From contig JADFWP010000004.1 in assembly GCA_015234115.1 (NCBI GenBank), positions 16,648-80,647 on the forward strand: 64,000 bases of DNA. Reading direction: 5' to 3'. The notes under the pieces were generated by a model that saw only the letters and a list, made by a program, of their open reading frames with translations, was not told the origin of the DNA and made no database searches. Position numbers and translations under genes: made by a program. Position 1 is the first letter of the stretch; every line of letters begins with the position of its first letter. This document shows positions 55,324 to 64,000 of this stretch, piece after piece. This DNA comes from Magnetococcales bacterium (GTDB taxonomy: Bacteria; Pseudomonadota; Magnetococcia; Magnetococcales; Magnetaquicoccaceae).

Positions 55324-56330
55324 CGGGGACTCCGCCGCAACAACCACAGAAAAACCGGCGCGCCAAGCAGCGCGGTCAAAATTCCGGCCGGCATCTGTTG
55401 CGGTGCAATCACGCTGCGAGCCAGAAGATCGGCCAACGTCAGCAAGGCCCCACCCAACAACACCGCAGCCGGCAGCAACCAGCGGTGATCCACGCATCCA
55501 GCCAGACGCAACAGATGGGGCGTGACCAGACCCACAAAACCAATGCTGCCTGCCGTGGCCACCGCCGCAGCGGCAGCCAGGGAGGCGAGCAGCAACAAAA
55601 GAAAACGCACCGGCGTGATCGCCACTCCCAACCCGGCGGCCCGCAATGTGCCACCCGCCAACAGATTCAATGCCCGGGCGCACGGCCAGGACAATCCCAA
55701 CACCCCAAGCAACACGCCCCAGGCCACTCCCGGATCCCCGCCCCGCCCCAGATCGCCCATCAGCCAGAACAATGCGCCCCGCAACCGCTCATCGGGCATC
55801 AGATACAACAAAAAACTCACTCCGGCGCCCCACCCCGAAGCCACGATCACCCCGGTCAACAGCAGCCGCGCCCCCCGCTCCCAGCCCCCCGGCCCACCAG
55901 CCAGCCAGAAAACCAGACCCATGGTGGCCAGAGCGCCCAGCCAGGCCCCCCCCTCCACCCAGACCCCGGCAGCCCCGGCAGCCAAAGCGAGAATCGCGCC
56001 GCAGGCCGCTCCGCCCGAAAGCCCCAATACATAAGGATCGGCCAGAGGATTGCGCACCAAAACCTGCATCAACAACCCGGAGAGCGCCAACAATCCGCCC
56101 ACCGCCATGGCCCCGGCGGCACGCGGCAAACGCAACTCCAGCACCACCCGTCCAAACAACGGATCCCCCGTTCCCGACAACCAGCCCCACATCCCCCCCA
56201 AACCGCCACTCACCCCACCCACCAGCAACGAGGCCAAAAAAACCCCACACGCCCCGATCACCAGCATCGCCAACAGTACGCCATTCCCCCGCGACGCAAC
56301 CAGCGACCCATCAACTATAAACCGGCTCAT
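55320..56330 (-). CDS. btuC: FecCD/BtuC-family ABC permease
   Basis: LELRLPRA, RNPLADPYVLGLSGGA, GSIGFVGLVTPH, PAGILTALLGAPVF; ATG 56330 overlaps the upstream stop. Confidence 0.85.
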   Translation of the reverse strand: MSRFIVDGSLVASRGNGVLLAMLVIGACGVFLASLLVGGVSGGLGGMWGWLSGTGDPLFGRVVLELRLPRAAGAMAVGGLLALSGLLMQVLVRNPLADPYVLGLSGGAACGAILALAAGAAGVWVEGGAWLGALATMGLVFWLAGGPGGWERGARLLLTGVIVASGWGAGVSFLLYLMPDERLRGALFWLMGDLGRGGDPGVAWGVLLGVLGLSWPCARALNLLAGGTLRAAGLGVAITPVRFLLLLLASLAAAAAVATAGSIGFVGLVTPHLLRLAGCVDHRWLLPAAVLLGGALLTLADLLARSVIAPQQMPAGILTALLGAPVFLWLLRRSPR

Positions 56331-57340
56331 GATTTGGCAGGCTCGACATGCGGCACGATGCAACGATTCAACCAATCCCGCAACATGACGGCATATTTGT
56401 GGGTATGCTCTTCCCGAGGCGATCCCAGTTCATCCAAAGCAGCCTTCTGGGACTTGTGACGCGACAAGGCGTGCTGAATGGCACGCACCAAAGCACGCCG
56501 ATTGACCTGGCCCTTGACCAGATAATCCTGCGCCCCCTCTTCCACGGCCTGAATCGCCTGCTGATCATCATCCATGCCAGTGAAAACGATGATCGGCGTA
56601 TCGTAGGCGCGTTCCTGCATGCGCACGAAAGTCTCTTCATAGCCCTGGCTGTCGGTCAGATTGAGATCAAGCAGGATCAGATCAAACTTGTCCTGGGCCA
56701 GCAGAACCTCGGCCTCCTGGAAGGTGGTGGCATGGGTCAGCTTGTAGGCCGGGAAACGCTGTGGATCGTCCCGGTTCTCGATGGAATTGGCCAGCCAGCC
56801 CTGGATCACGGAAAAAAATTCCAGTTCGTCTTCAACGATCAGAAAATGATAACAGACGCTGAAGTCATGAACATTGGGCAGTTTGCGACAGGGATTATCG
56901 GCAGCCGGTTCACTTTTCGAACGTTTCTCCCCCTTGCCGGAACGGGCCGCTTTCTTGCCCTTGACCCCCTCCGCTCCCGTGGCGCCATGCTCCAGATCGA
57001 AAAGCCTTTGGGAGAGATGACGAATGAGCCGAAAGGCAATCGATGGATCCTGATGCATCCGGGAGATGAACATCTTTTCGTCGATGCCCAGGATATAGGA
57101 ATCCTCCAGCGCCTGGGCCGTGGCAAACCGCTCGTGATTGACCGTGAAAGCCGACGCGATCCCGAAGATCTCCCCTTCTCCCACTTCCACCCGCATGCTC
57201 TTGCCCGCCGAGGTCGCGCGCGTCAACAAAACCCGCCCTTTGCGCACCATGAAAAACTTGTCCGACAGCTCCCCCTGCCGGAAAATGATCTCTCCCGCCC
57301 GATAGCGCTTGCCCAATTCCCTGATCTCTTCAGAATGCAT
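56327..57340 (-). CDS. cNMP-binding domain plus receiver domain protein
   Basis: GEIIFRQGE...GEGEIFG...RFATAQA (cNMP-binding); [13 protein letters not shown]...GAQDYLVK (REC). Confidence 0.85.
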   Translation of the reverse strand: MHSEEIRELGKRYRAGEIIFRQGELSDKFFMVRKGRVLLTRATSAGKSMRVEVGEGEIFGIASAFTVNHERFATAQALEDSYILGIDEKMFISRMHQDPSIAFRLIRHLSQRLFDLEHGATGAEGVKGKKAARSGKGEKRSKSEPAADNPCRKLPNVHDFSVCYHFLIVEDELEFFSVIQGWLANSIENRDDPQRFPAYKLTHATTFQEAEVLLAQDKFDLILLDLNLTDSQGYEETFVRMQERAYDTPIIVFTGMDDDQQAIQAVEEGAQDYLVKGQVNRRALVRAIQHALSRHKSQKAALDELGSPREEHTHKYAVMLRDWLNRCIVPHVEPAKS

Positions 57341-59417
57341 CCCCGCCACTCCCATTCGTCAACCGGGCCTGCAACGCCTCATCCGCCAGGCGGATCGCGT
57401 CGAGCAGATGTTCCATTTGGTCCGCAAGGCCATCCAGCGTTCCGGTACGCGCCACATTTTCCACCTCGACCAGCATGGTGCGCAAATGACCCAATCCAAA
57501 CTGGGCCGACAGACTCTTCAGGGAATGGGCCTCCAACCGCACGCCACGAGGATCCTGGCTCTCGAACGCCGCCCGGATGCGCGCGGCGCGCGCCGCCAGA
57601 CCGGACTGGAAGGTGCGCAACACCGCCTGAAACTCATCGCCCAGATCCTCCTGCAACTCTTGGATCTTTTGATAATCGATTTGTTCCCGCGTCTGTGGGG
57701 CCGAAGGCGGGGATTCCGGGTCTTCCCCGCCGGACACCGGGTCGGCAACAGGTGCCAGCCAGCGGGTCAGAACCTCCAGCAACGCGCCCCGTTTGAACGG
57801 CTTGCTCAGGTAATCATCCATGCCCGCCGCCAGACACTTCTCCCGATCCCCCTGCATGGCATTGGCGGTCAGGGCGATCACCGGCGTGCGATGCGTGCCG
57901 CCCGCGACACTCTCCTGTCTGCGCAGCTCCCGACAGGCGGCATAGCCATCCATCTCGGGCATCAGACAGTCCATCAACACCAGATCGAAATCGTTATGGG
58001 CCAGCTTGTTCAAGGCGATCCGACCATTCGACGCCACATCGATGCGCAGATGAAACGGACGCAACATCCCCTTGATCACCGCCAGATTGGTAGGATCATC
58101 CTCGACCAGCAGCAACGAACGGTTGGCCGGAATCCCCGGACCACGCGCCACCGCCACGCTCCCCGCGCGCTCCACAACCGCATGGCGAGCCATCCGAAAA
58201 GGAATCTCCACCCGGAAGGTGCTGCCCGCACCCAGGGTGCTCTCCACCGTGATCGCGCCGTTCATCATCCGGACCAGCCGACTGGTGATGCTCAACCCCA
58301 GACCGGTGCCGCCAAATTTGCGGGTCGTGGAACTGTCCACCTGGGAAAACGCCTCGAACAGACGGGAAAAATTCTCCGGACTGATCCCGATCCCGGTATC
58401 CTGCACCACAAAAACGATCACGGCCTCTTCGTTGGACACCCGCAACGGCTCCACCGACAATACCACACTGCCAGACTCGGTGAATTTCAAGGCATTGGAC
58501 AACAGATTGGTCAGGATCTGACGCAACCGCACCGGATCACCCACCAGATCGCTCGGCAACAGGCCATCGTGTTCGACCCGGAAACCGATCTCCTTGTTGA
58601 CCGCCACCTGACCGAACAGCACATTCAATTCATCGAGCAGACTCCACAACCCGAACGGAATCTCCTCCAACTCCAACCGCCCGGCCTCGATCTTGGAAAA
58701 GTCCAGCACGTCATTGATGATCACCAGCAGATTCTCGCCCGAACGTCGAATGGTCTCGACATACAAACGATACTCCTCGGGCAATTCCAGATCCATCAAC
58801 AGCTCGGCCATGCCGAGAATGCCATTCAGGGGGGTGCGAATCTCGTGGCTCATCACCGCCAGAAATTCGCTCTTGGCCATGTTGGCCCGTTCGGCGGCCA
58901 GCATGGCGGCATGCAACGCACGCTCGTTGGCGGCCAATTTTTCCAGGGCCTCTTCGGCATGACGACGCGCCCCCTCCAGGGCGTGATTTTTCTGTTCCAG
59001 CGCGCGCCTGGCCAAAAGCAGATGCTCGATGTTCTTGACCCGGGCCAGAATGATCTGGGGACTGGAAGGTTTGCGGATATAATCGATGGCCCCCAGGGCC
59101 AACCCCATGGCTTCGTCTTCGAACTCGGTCTTGGCAGTCAGGAAAATGACCGGAATCGCCGCGCTCAAAGGATCCTCCTTGAGGCGCTTGCAGGTTTCAT
59201 AGCCATCCATGACCGGCATCATGATGTCGAGCAGAATGATGTCCGGCACCACCCGACGCACCACCTGCAACGCCTTGACCCCGTGGGTGGCCACCAGAAT
59301 CTGGAAATGATCATCGAGCGCGCTGCGGATGATGTCGATGTTCTCGGGCTGATCGTCCACCAGCAGCACGACACTTTTACGCCCTTCTTCGGCGGGGGTC
59401 TCGGAATGGATGCCCAA
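57330..59417 (-). CDS. Cytoplasmic hybrid kinase (REC-HisKA-HATPase-REC-Hpt)
   Basis: [45 protein letters not shown]; TTG start after GGAGG is inferred (ORF track starts at 59516). Confidence 0.9.
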   Translation of the reverse strand: MGIHSETPAEEGRKSVVLLVDDQPENIDIIRSALDDHFQILVATHGVKALQVVRRVVPDIILLDIMMPVMDGYETCKRLKEDPLSAAIPVIFLTAKTEFEDEAMGLALGAIDYIRKPSSPQIILARVKNIEHLLLARRALEQKNHALEGARRHAEEALEKLAANERALHAAMLAAERANMAKSEFLAVMSHEIRTPLNGILGMAELLMDLELPEEYRLYVETIRRSGENLLVIINDVLDFSKIEAGRLELEEIPFGLWSLLDELNVLFGQVAVNKEIGFRVEHDGLLPSDLVGDPVRLRQILTNLLSNALKFTESGSVVLSVEPLRVSNEEAVIVFVVQDTGIGISPENFSRLFEAFSQVDSSTTRKFGGTGLGLSITSRLVRMMNGAITVESTLGAGSTFRVEIPFRMARHAVVERAGSVAVARGPGIPANRSLLLVEDDPTNLAVIKGMLRPFHLRIDVASNGRIALNKLAHNDFDLVLMDCLMPEMDGYAACRELRRQESVAGGTHRTPVIALTANAMQGDREKCLAAGMDDYLSKPFKRGALLEVLTRWLAPVADPVSGGEDPESPPSAPQTREQIDYQKIQELQEDLGDEFQAVLRTFQSGLAARAARIRAAFESQDPRGVRLEAHSLKSLSAQFGLGHLRTMLVEVENVARTGTLDGLADQMEHLLDAIRLADEALQARLTNGSGGDAF

Positions 59418-59436
59418 GGATTGCACCTCCTGCGTG

Positions 59437-62367
59437 TCACGACTCCAGGGCCACACCCAGTCGGGTGGCCCACTGCACCAACAACTCAAGACAACGATCA
59501 TATTCGTACATTTCAAGGAATTTGATCATCATCTGCCAAGCCTCATGGCCCTTTTTGTCCACGGTCCAAGGCTCCATGGCCCGGATCACCTGCTCGGCCC
59601 GGACATCGGAAATCCGCAGCATCCGGGCTGCCTGCTCCAGCAGAGGGATCAACCCTTCCGGATTGATCGGCCCGGCCGGATCCGCCACAGGCGCAGGATG
59701 ACCACACGGCTCCGGGAAAGCGGCACCGATGGTCATCAGGACCACTTCCAGTTCCTGGGCGCACTCCACGATCAACGGACGCAACGCCTTGCGGCCAATG
59801 CGTTCCTTGGCACCCTGTTCGACCTTCATGGCCGCCACGCTCAACTCCATGGCGCCAATGGTGGCCGCTCCCCCCTTGAGCGTGTGGGCGACCCGTTCCA
59901 ATTCGCTCCACGCCTTGGCGTCGAACCAGTCGTTCATCACCCGGCAGGCATTGGATTGACTGGCCACGAATTTGTTCATGACCCGCCGGTAAAGGGTCAC
60001 ATCCCCCCCCATACCGCGCAGACCCGCACGGGTGTTGATTCCGGGCAGCGAAGGCAATGGGGTTTTGAGATCCCCCTCATCCACCAATCCCACCATGCCA
60101 GGAGATTGGCAAACCGGTTCCTGCTCCGCATCCGGCACATCGCCGGAGTCCACGGCCAAGAATTTGCCACAGCGCACCGTAAACATGAACCGGCTGCCGA
60201 TTCCAAGGGTGCTTTCCACTTCGATGGTCCCTCCCATCATGGAGATGAGACTCTTCGATATTGCAAGTCCCAGACCGGTTCCACCGTACTTGCGCGTCAA
60301 ACTGGTATCACCCTGATGGAATTTCTGGAACAATCCCTCCAATTGCTCCGGAGTCATGCCGATTCCGGTATCCCGAATGGTAAAACGCACATCACATGCC
60401 ATTTCGGTCTCTTCAGCCCGTTCAACCGTCACCACCACCTCTCCCTGATCGGTGAATTTGATGGCGTTGTTGGTCAAATTGAGCAACACCTGACGCAAAC
60501 GTAACGGATCCCCTATCAGAGGTGTCGGAAAGGGACCGATCGGCAGGATTTGAAACCCGAGCGACTTCTCCTGGGCCTTGACCCCCATGAGCGTCTCCAG
60601 ACTGGCCAGCACCTCGCCCAGATCAAACTCGATCCGTTCGATCTCCAACCCACCCGCCTCGATACGGGAAAAGTCCAGGATATCGTTGATCATGCGTAAC
60701 ATCCCATTGGCGCTCATGTAAAGCTTCTGCAAATAGTCCCGCTGACGATTGGTCAACGCCGTGCGCAGACAAAGATGACTGAAACCGATAATGGCATTCA
60801 TCGGGGTGCGAATCTCGTGGCTCATGTTGGCCAGAAACTCTCCCTTGATCCGACTCGCCTCTTCGGCCTGCTCTTTGGCGGCACGCAATTCCCCTTCCAG
60901 AATCTTGCGCTGGGTGATATCCAGCAAGGTTCCGGTCACCCGGATCGGCGTGCCCTGGTTGTCCCGATCGATGCGGGCATTGCACTGGGCAGAACGGGCA
61001 TGCCCCTCCGGCCCGACCACCCGGAATTCCAACTCGAATTCCAGGGACTGGGTACGCAGAGCGGTTTCCAGGGTGTGGTTCACCAGAGCACGATCATCGA
61101 CATGCACCGACGCCAGAAAACGTTTGTGACTGGGCAACAAGGCATGAGGTCGCAACCCCAGAATGCGAAACAACTCGGCAGACCACTGCACCGTTCCGGC
61201 GATCAGATCCCACTCCCAACTGCCCAGATGGGCAATGCGCTGGGCCTGATCGAGCAGTTCCAGATGGCGTCTGGTCTCGCTTTCCACCCGGATGCGCTCT
61301 TCCACCTCGTGTTCCAGATCCACGTTGAGCTGCGCCAGGATGCGCGTCCGCTCCATGACGCGATTTTCCAACTCCTTGCGTATCACCCACAAGGCACGGG
61401 TCCGTTCCTCGAAAAGCGCGGCCAACTCCTCCAGTTCATCTCCCGTGCCGACCGGGGTGATGGCCGTGGTCCCGTCCTCGGTGGCCTGACGCACCCGTTC
61501 ACACAGCATCAGAATCGGATCCGCCGCCTTGGCGCCAAGACGAAACGCCAGCAACATGGCCAGAATCACGATGGCCAGTCCCAGCAGCGTGGCATTGGTG
61601 ATGCTCTCGTAGATCGGCGCCCGAATCACCGCCTTGTCCACGGTCAACCGCTGATGCAACCCCAACCGGGTCAAAATCGTGGAGCCGGGCGGCGGCGGCA
61701 TGATCCATTCGATGGCATCGCGGGAACTCTGGGCGCGACTCTGAAACAAAACCTGCTCTCCAAGCAGGATGGTGTGCTGAATGGTCTGATCTCCGGAAAC
61801 GATCTCTTCCAGCAAACCGGCCAGGTCCACATGGACGATCATCGCCCCCTGAATCACATCATGCATCACCAATGCATGGCTCAAGATCAGATAACGACCG
61901 GAAGCGTCGATCATCGGCGCCGGACGACTCAAGCTCAAGGCCGTCCGCAAGGCCGGAGAGTCGCGGGGCACCGCAGCGACCCCCTCCTGATCCATGAACA
62001 ACGGCGTGCCATCGAAATTGACCAGCGTAAAGGCCGCGATATGACGGCCACTGGAGAAATTCCGGGCCAGTTGGGGCAGATGGGGATCTGCGGCCGTTCC
62101 TTCGACCAGCGCATTGATCATCAGAGGATTTCTGGCGAACTGTTCGAGGTTCTGGCGCAAGAAGCCGATGCGGGTCTCCACCCGCTCGAACAACTCCTGT
62201 CCATGAGCACGCAAGCCGGCCAGAGACTTCTGGCGCAACGAGTGCACCATGTCCGCCTGCAACAGACCCAGCACCAGCACCAGCGCCGCCCCCACAAAGG
62301 AGGTGAATTGCAGAATATAGCGCCTGCGCAGTTGGCCACCCGATCTGAACCGTGTTTCCGCGCTCAT
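59437..62367 (-). CDS. Membrane sensor kinase (Cache-like, HAMP, PAS, HisKA, HATPase, Hpt; no REC)
   Basis: Two TM segments, [40 protein letters not shown]. Confidence 0.9.
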   Translation of the reverse strand: MSAETRFRSGGQLRRRYILQFTSFVGAALVLVLGLLQADMVHSLRQKSLAGLRAHGQELFERVETRIGFLRQNLEQFARNPLMINALVEGTAADPHLPQLARNFSSGRHIAAFTLVNFDGTPLFMDQEGVAAVPRDSPALRTALSLSRPAPMIDASGRYLILSHALVMHDVIQGAMIVHVDLAGLLEEIVSGDQTIQHTILLGEQVLFQSRAQSSRDAIEWIMPPPPGSTILTRLGLHQRLTVDKAVIRAPIYESITNATLLGLAIVILAMLLAFRLGAKAADPILMLCERVRQATEDGTTAITPVGTGDELEELAALFEERTRALWVIRKELENRVMERTRILAQLNVDLEHEVEERIRVESETRRHLELLDQAQRIAHLGSWEWDLIAGTVQWSAELFRILGLRPHALLPSHKRFLASVHVDDRALVNHTLETALRTQSLEFELEFRVVGPEGHARSAQCNARIDRDNQGTPIRVTGTLLDITQRKILEGELRAAKEQAEEASRIKGEFLANMSHEIRTPMNAIIGFSHLCLRTALTNRQRDYLQKLYMSANGMLRMINDILDFSRIEAGGLEIERIEFDLGEVLASLETLMGVKAQEKSLGFQILPIGPFPTPLIGDPLRLRQVLLNLTNNAIKFTDQGEVVVTVERAEETEMACDVRFTIRDTGIGMTPEQLEGLFQKFHQGDTSLTRKYGGTGLGLAISKSLISMMGGTIEVESTLGIGSRFMFTVRCGKFLAVDSGDVPDAEQEPVCQSPGMVGLVDEGDLKTPLPSLPGINTRAGLRGMGGDVTLYRRVMNKFVASQSNACRVMNDWFDAKAWSELERVAHTLKGGAATIGAMELSVAAMKVEQGAKERIGRKALRPLIVECAQELEVVLMTIGAAFPEPCGHPAPVADPAGPINPEGLIPLLEQAARMLRISDVRAEQVIRAMEPWTVDKKGHEAWQMMIKFLEMYEYDRCLELLVQWATRLGVALES

Positions 62368-64000
62368 CGCCTGCTCTCCGCAGGCACGACGCTGCCATCC
62401 GGACCAATCCGTCCCAGCCGGTAATCCTCGCTCCCCAACGCATCGTGACGTTGCGCATCGAACGGTGGCGCGTGCTGTCGAATCACCCCCCGATAGACCG
62501 GAAGCCGTTCCAGGGCAGAGCGCACCGCCGCGCGCTCCGTGGAACCGGCCGCACGCACCGCAGCGGCAAAAAGATGCACCAGATCATAGGCCTGGGCAAA
62601 TCCGCTGCCCACGTTCACCGGAGGATCCGCCTCATCCAGATGAAAAAACGCCTGACTCTCCTGCAACAATCGTTCACCGGCCCGATTGCCCGCCTCGGTC
62701 GCAAAAAAGGTCTGGGGAAAAACCAGATCCAGACCGCCAAGGATCCTCCGCTCCTCTGGCGTCAGTTGCGCACCAAGCACTCCCCAATGGGAAACCACCG
62801 CCACATGCGGCAAAGTCCGGGAAAGTTCCAGCAAAAACGGGATGCTCTCATCCGGGGTATCCACCAGGATCACCACATCCACCCCGATTTCAGCAAAACG
62901 GGCCAGCAACGGGGCGAATCCCCCCGCCATGCCGTTGTCCACCCAATGCACCAACTCCGGACGAATCCCGCTCCCGTGCAGATGACGCCCGATGATCTTT
63001 TCAAATTGATGGCCCCAACCGGAATTCTCCAGAACCAGGGCAATCCGCTTGCCCCGCTCCAACGCCGCCCTGGCCAGAAACGGGGCGGTCCAGCGATCGT
63101 TCAGACTGAGCCGAAAGACCTGATTGGGAGCAAAACCGTTTTCGGTCAAATGCTGGGCCGCAGACCAGGGCAGCAACAACGGCAGTTCCAGGCGATGCAC
63201 CTCCTCGACCTCTGCCGCGACCACCGTGCTCTTCTGCCCTCCGAACACAGCCACCAGATCTTCCAGCCCGGCAAAAAATTTCAGGTTGTCCAGTCCACGG
63301 GTGGCCAATCCATGGTTGTCGCGCACCACCAGCCCCAACTTCCGCCCCAGCAGCCCCCCCTGCGCATTGACCGCATCGATGGCCAGCATCATGCCGCGTT
63401 TCAACTCCAGCCCAACCAAGGCGCTCTCCCCGGAAAGCTGGGCATCCAACCCCACCAGAATCTCCCTCGATCCCTCCGACGCAACCCGATGCAGGCTCAA
63501 CCACTCGGAAACCCGAGCCATGACATCCGCCCCGATGCGCTCCTCGAACTTGCGCGCCACATAGGCCAAACGCTCCTGAAACCGACCTCGGGCCTCCAGG
63601 GAGGGTTCATGCACCGTCACGCCGGCATCGCGCAGCTCCCGCACCATCCCATCTTCCCGGATCCGGATCTCGTGTTGCACCCACAAGGCGACCTCACGCG
63701 CCGCATCCAGCAAAATCGTCTGTTGCCGGGCAGTCAACATCTCCACGGCATCGCGACTCACGGCCAACAACTGACCCGCCAGGGCATGGCCGCTCAAGGT
63801 CAGATGGGTGTGAGACGCTTGACGCGGCTGACCGACCAGCTCAAACAACGTCTCTTCCCGCGCCTGCACCCCTTCGGGATCGCTCTGGCCGACAAAACGG
63901 ACGCCGAGTCCCGCCAATAACTCACGTCGTATCCGGTTGTCCGCAGGCTCCAACATCTGCACGCCTGCAAACGCCTCCGGCGTCAGCAGCGGACGATCCG
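62364..64000 (-). CDS. Fusion of TRAP DctP-like solute-binding domain and LivJ/AmiC-type binding domain (partial, runs off right edge)
   Basis: Frame is open beyond 63962 ([15 protein letters not shown]...HLTLSGH...[10 protein letters not shown], DctP-like), then [10 protein letters not shown]...[13 protein letters not shown]...DNHG (type-1 binding protein). Confidence 0.75.
   Translation of the reverse strand, partial: DRPLLTPEAFAGVQMLEPADNRIRRELLAGLGVRFVGQSDPEGVQAREETLFELVGQPRQASHTHLTLSGHALAGQLLAVSRDAVEMLTARQQTILLDAAREVALWVQHEIRIREDGMVRELRDAGVTVHEPSLEARGRFQERLAYVARKFEERIGADVMARVSEWLSLHRVASEGSREILVGLDAQLSGESALVGLELKRGMMLAIDAVNAQGGLLGRKLGLVVRDNHGLATRGLDNLKFFAGLEDLVAVFGGQKSTVVAAEVEEVHRLELPLLLPWSAAQHLTENGFAPNQVFRLSLNDRWTAPFLARAALERGKRIALVLENSGWGHQFEKIIGRHLHGSGIRPELVHWVDNGMAGGFAPLLARFAEIGVDVVILVDTPDESIPFLLELSRTLPHVAVVSHWGVLGAQLTPEERRILGGLDLVFPQTFFATEAGNRAGERLLQESQAFFHLDEADPPVNVGSGFAQAYDLVHLFAAAVRAAGSTERAAVRSALERLPVYRGVIRQHAPPFDAQRHDALGSEDYRLGRIGPDGSVVPAESRR

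Noticed and set aside
57309-63920. Very long plus-strand ORFs (57309-59525, 60775-62424, 62352-63920)
   Set aside because: Antisense shadows of GC-rich minus-strand kinase and binding-protein genes, which carry clear family motifs.

Overview
Window from a magnetotactic bacterium, most likely a magnetotactic coccus (Magnetococcales-type gene order; inferred). 2.8-20.9 kb is a co-directional magnetosome gene cluster: mamD, mamF-like, mamH, I, E, a MamJ-like low-complexity gene, mamK, mamF-like, mamL, M, N, O, P, A, Q, B, S, T. It is driven by a perfect sigma70 consensus promoter followed by a 17-bp tandem repeat. The same strand continues without a break into two hypothetical genes (one coiled-coil, one possibly aerolysin/ETX-MTX2-like), a signalling module (hybrid kinase, CheY-like protein, PilZ-STAS-STAS, membrane-anchored pseudo-CheA), feoB, a DtxR-FeoA fusion and a double-CZB protein. 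Divergent from the mam promoter, and missing from the ORF track because it runs off the left edge, is a >780-aa ZorA-like (MotA/TolQ/ExbB) membrane protein with a long helical tail containing 36-aa repeats; this is the most interesting find. 32.9-46.9 kb holds further two-component and c-di-GMP genes. 46.9-48.9 kb is IS701-like debris around tRNA-Val(CAC). 48.9-64 kb has a cobalamin riboswitch with btuB, converging on a minus-strand run of sensor/phosphorelay genes, btuC, btuD, a DisA_N/DAC-fold gene, a MITE-like IS derivative and btuF. All calls come from manual reading and remembered family motifs; no database searches were run.
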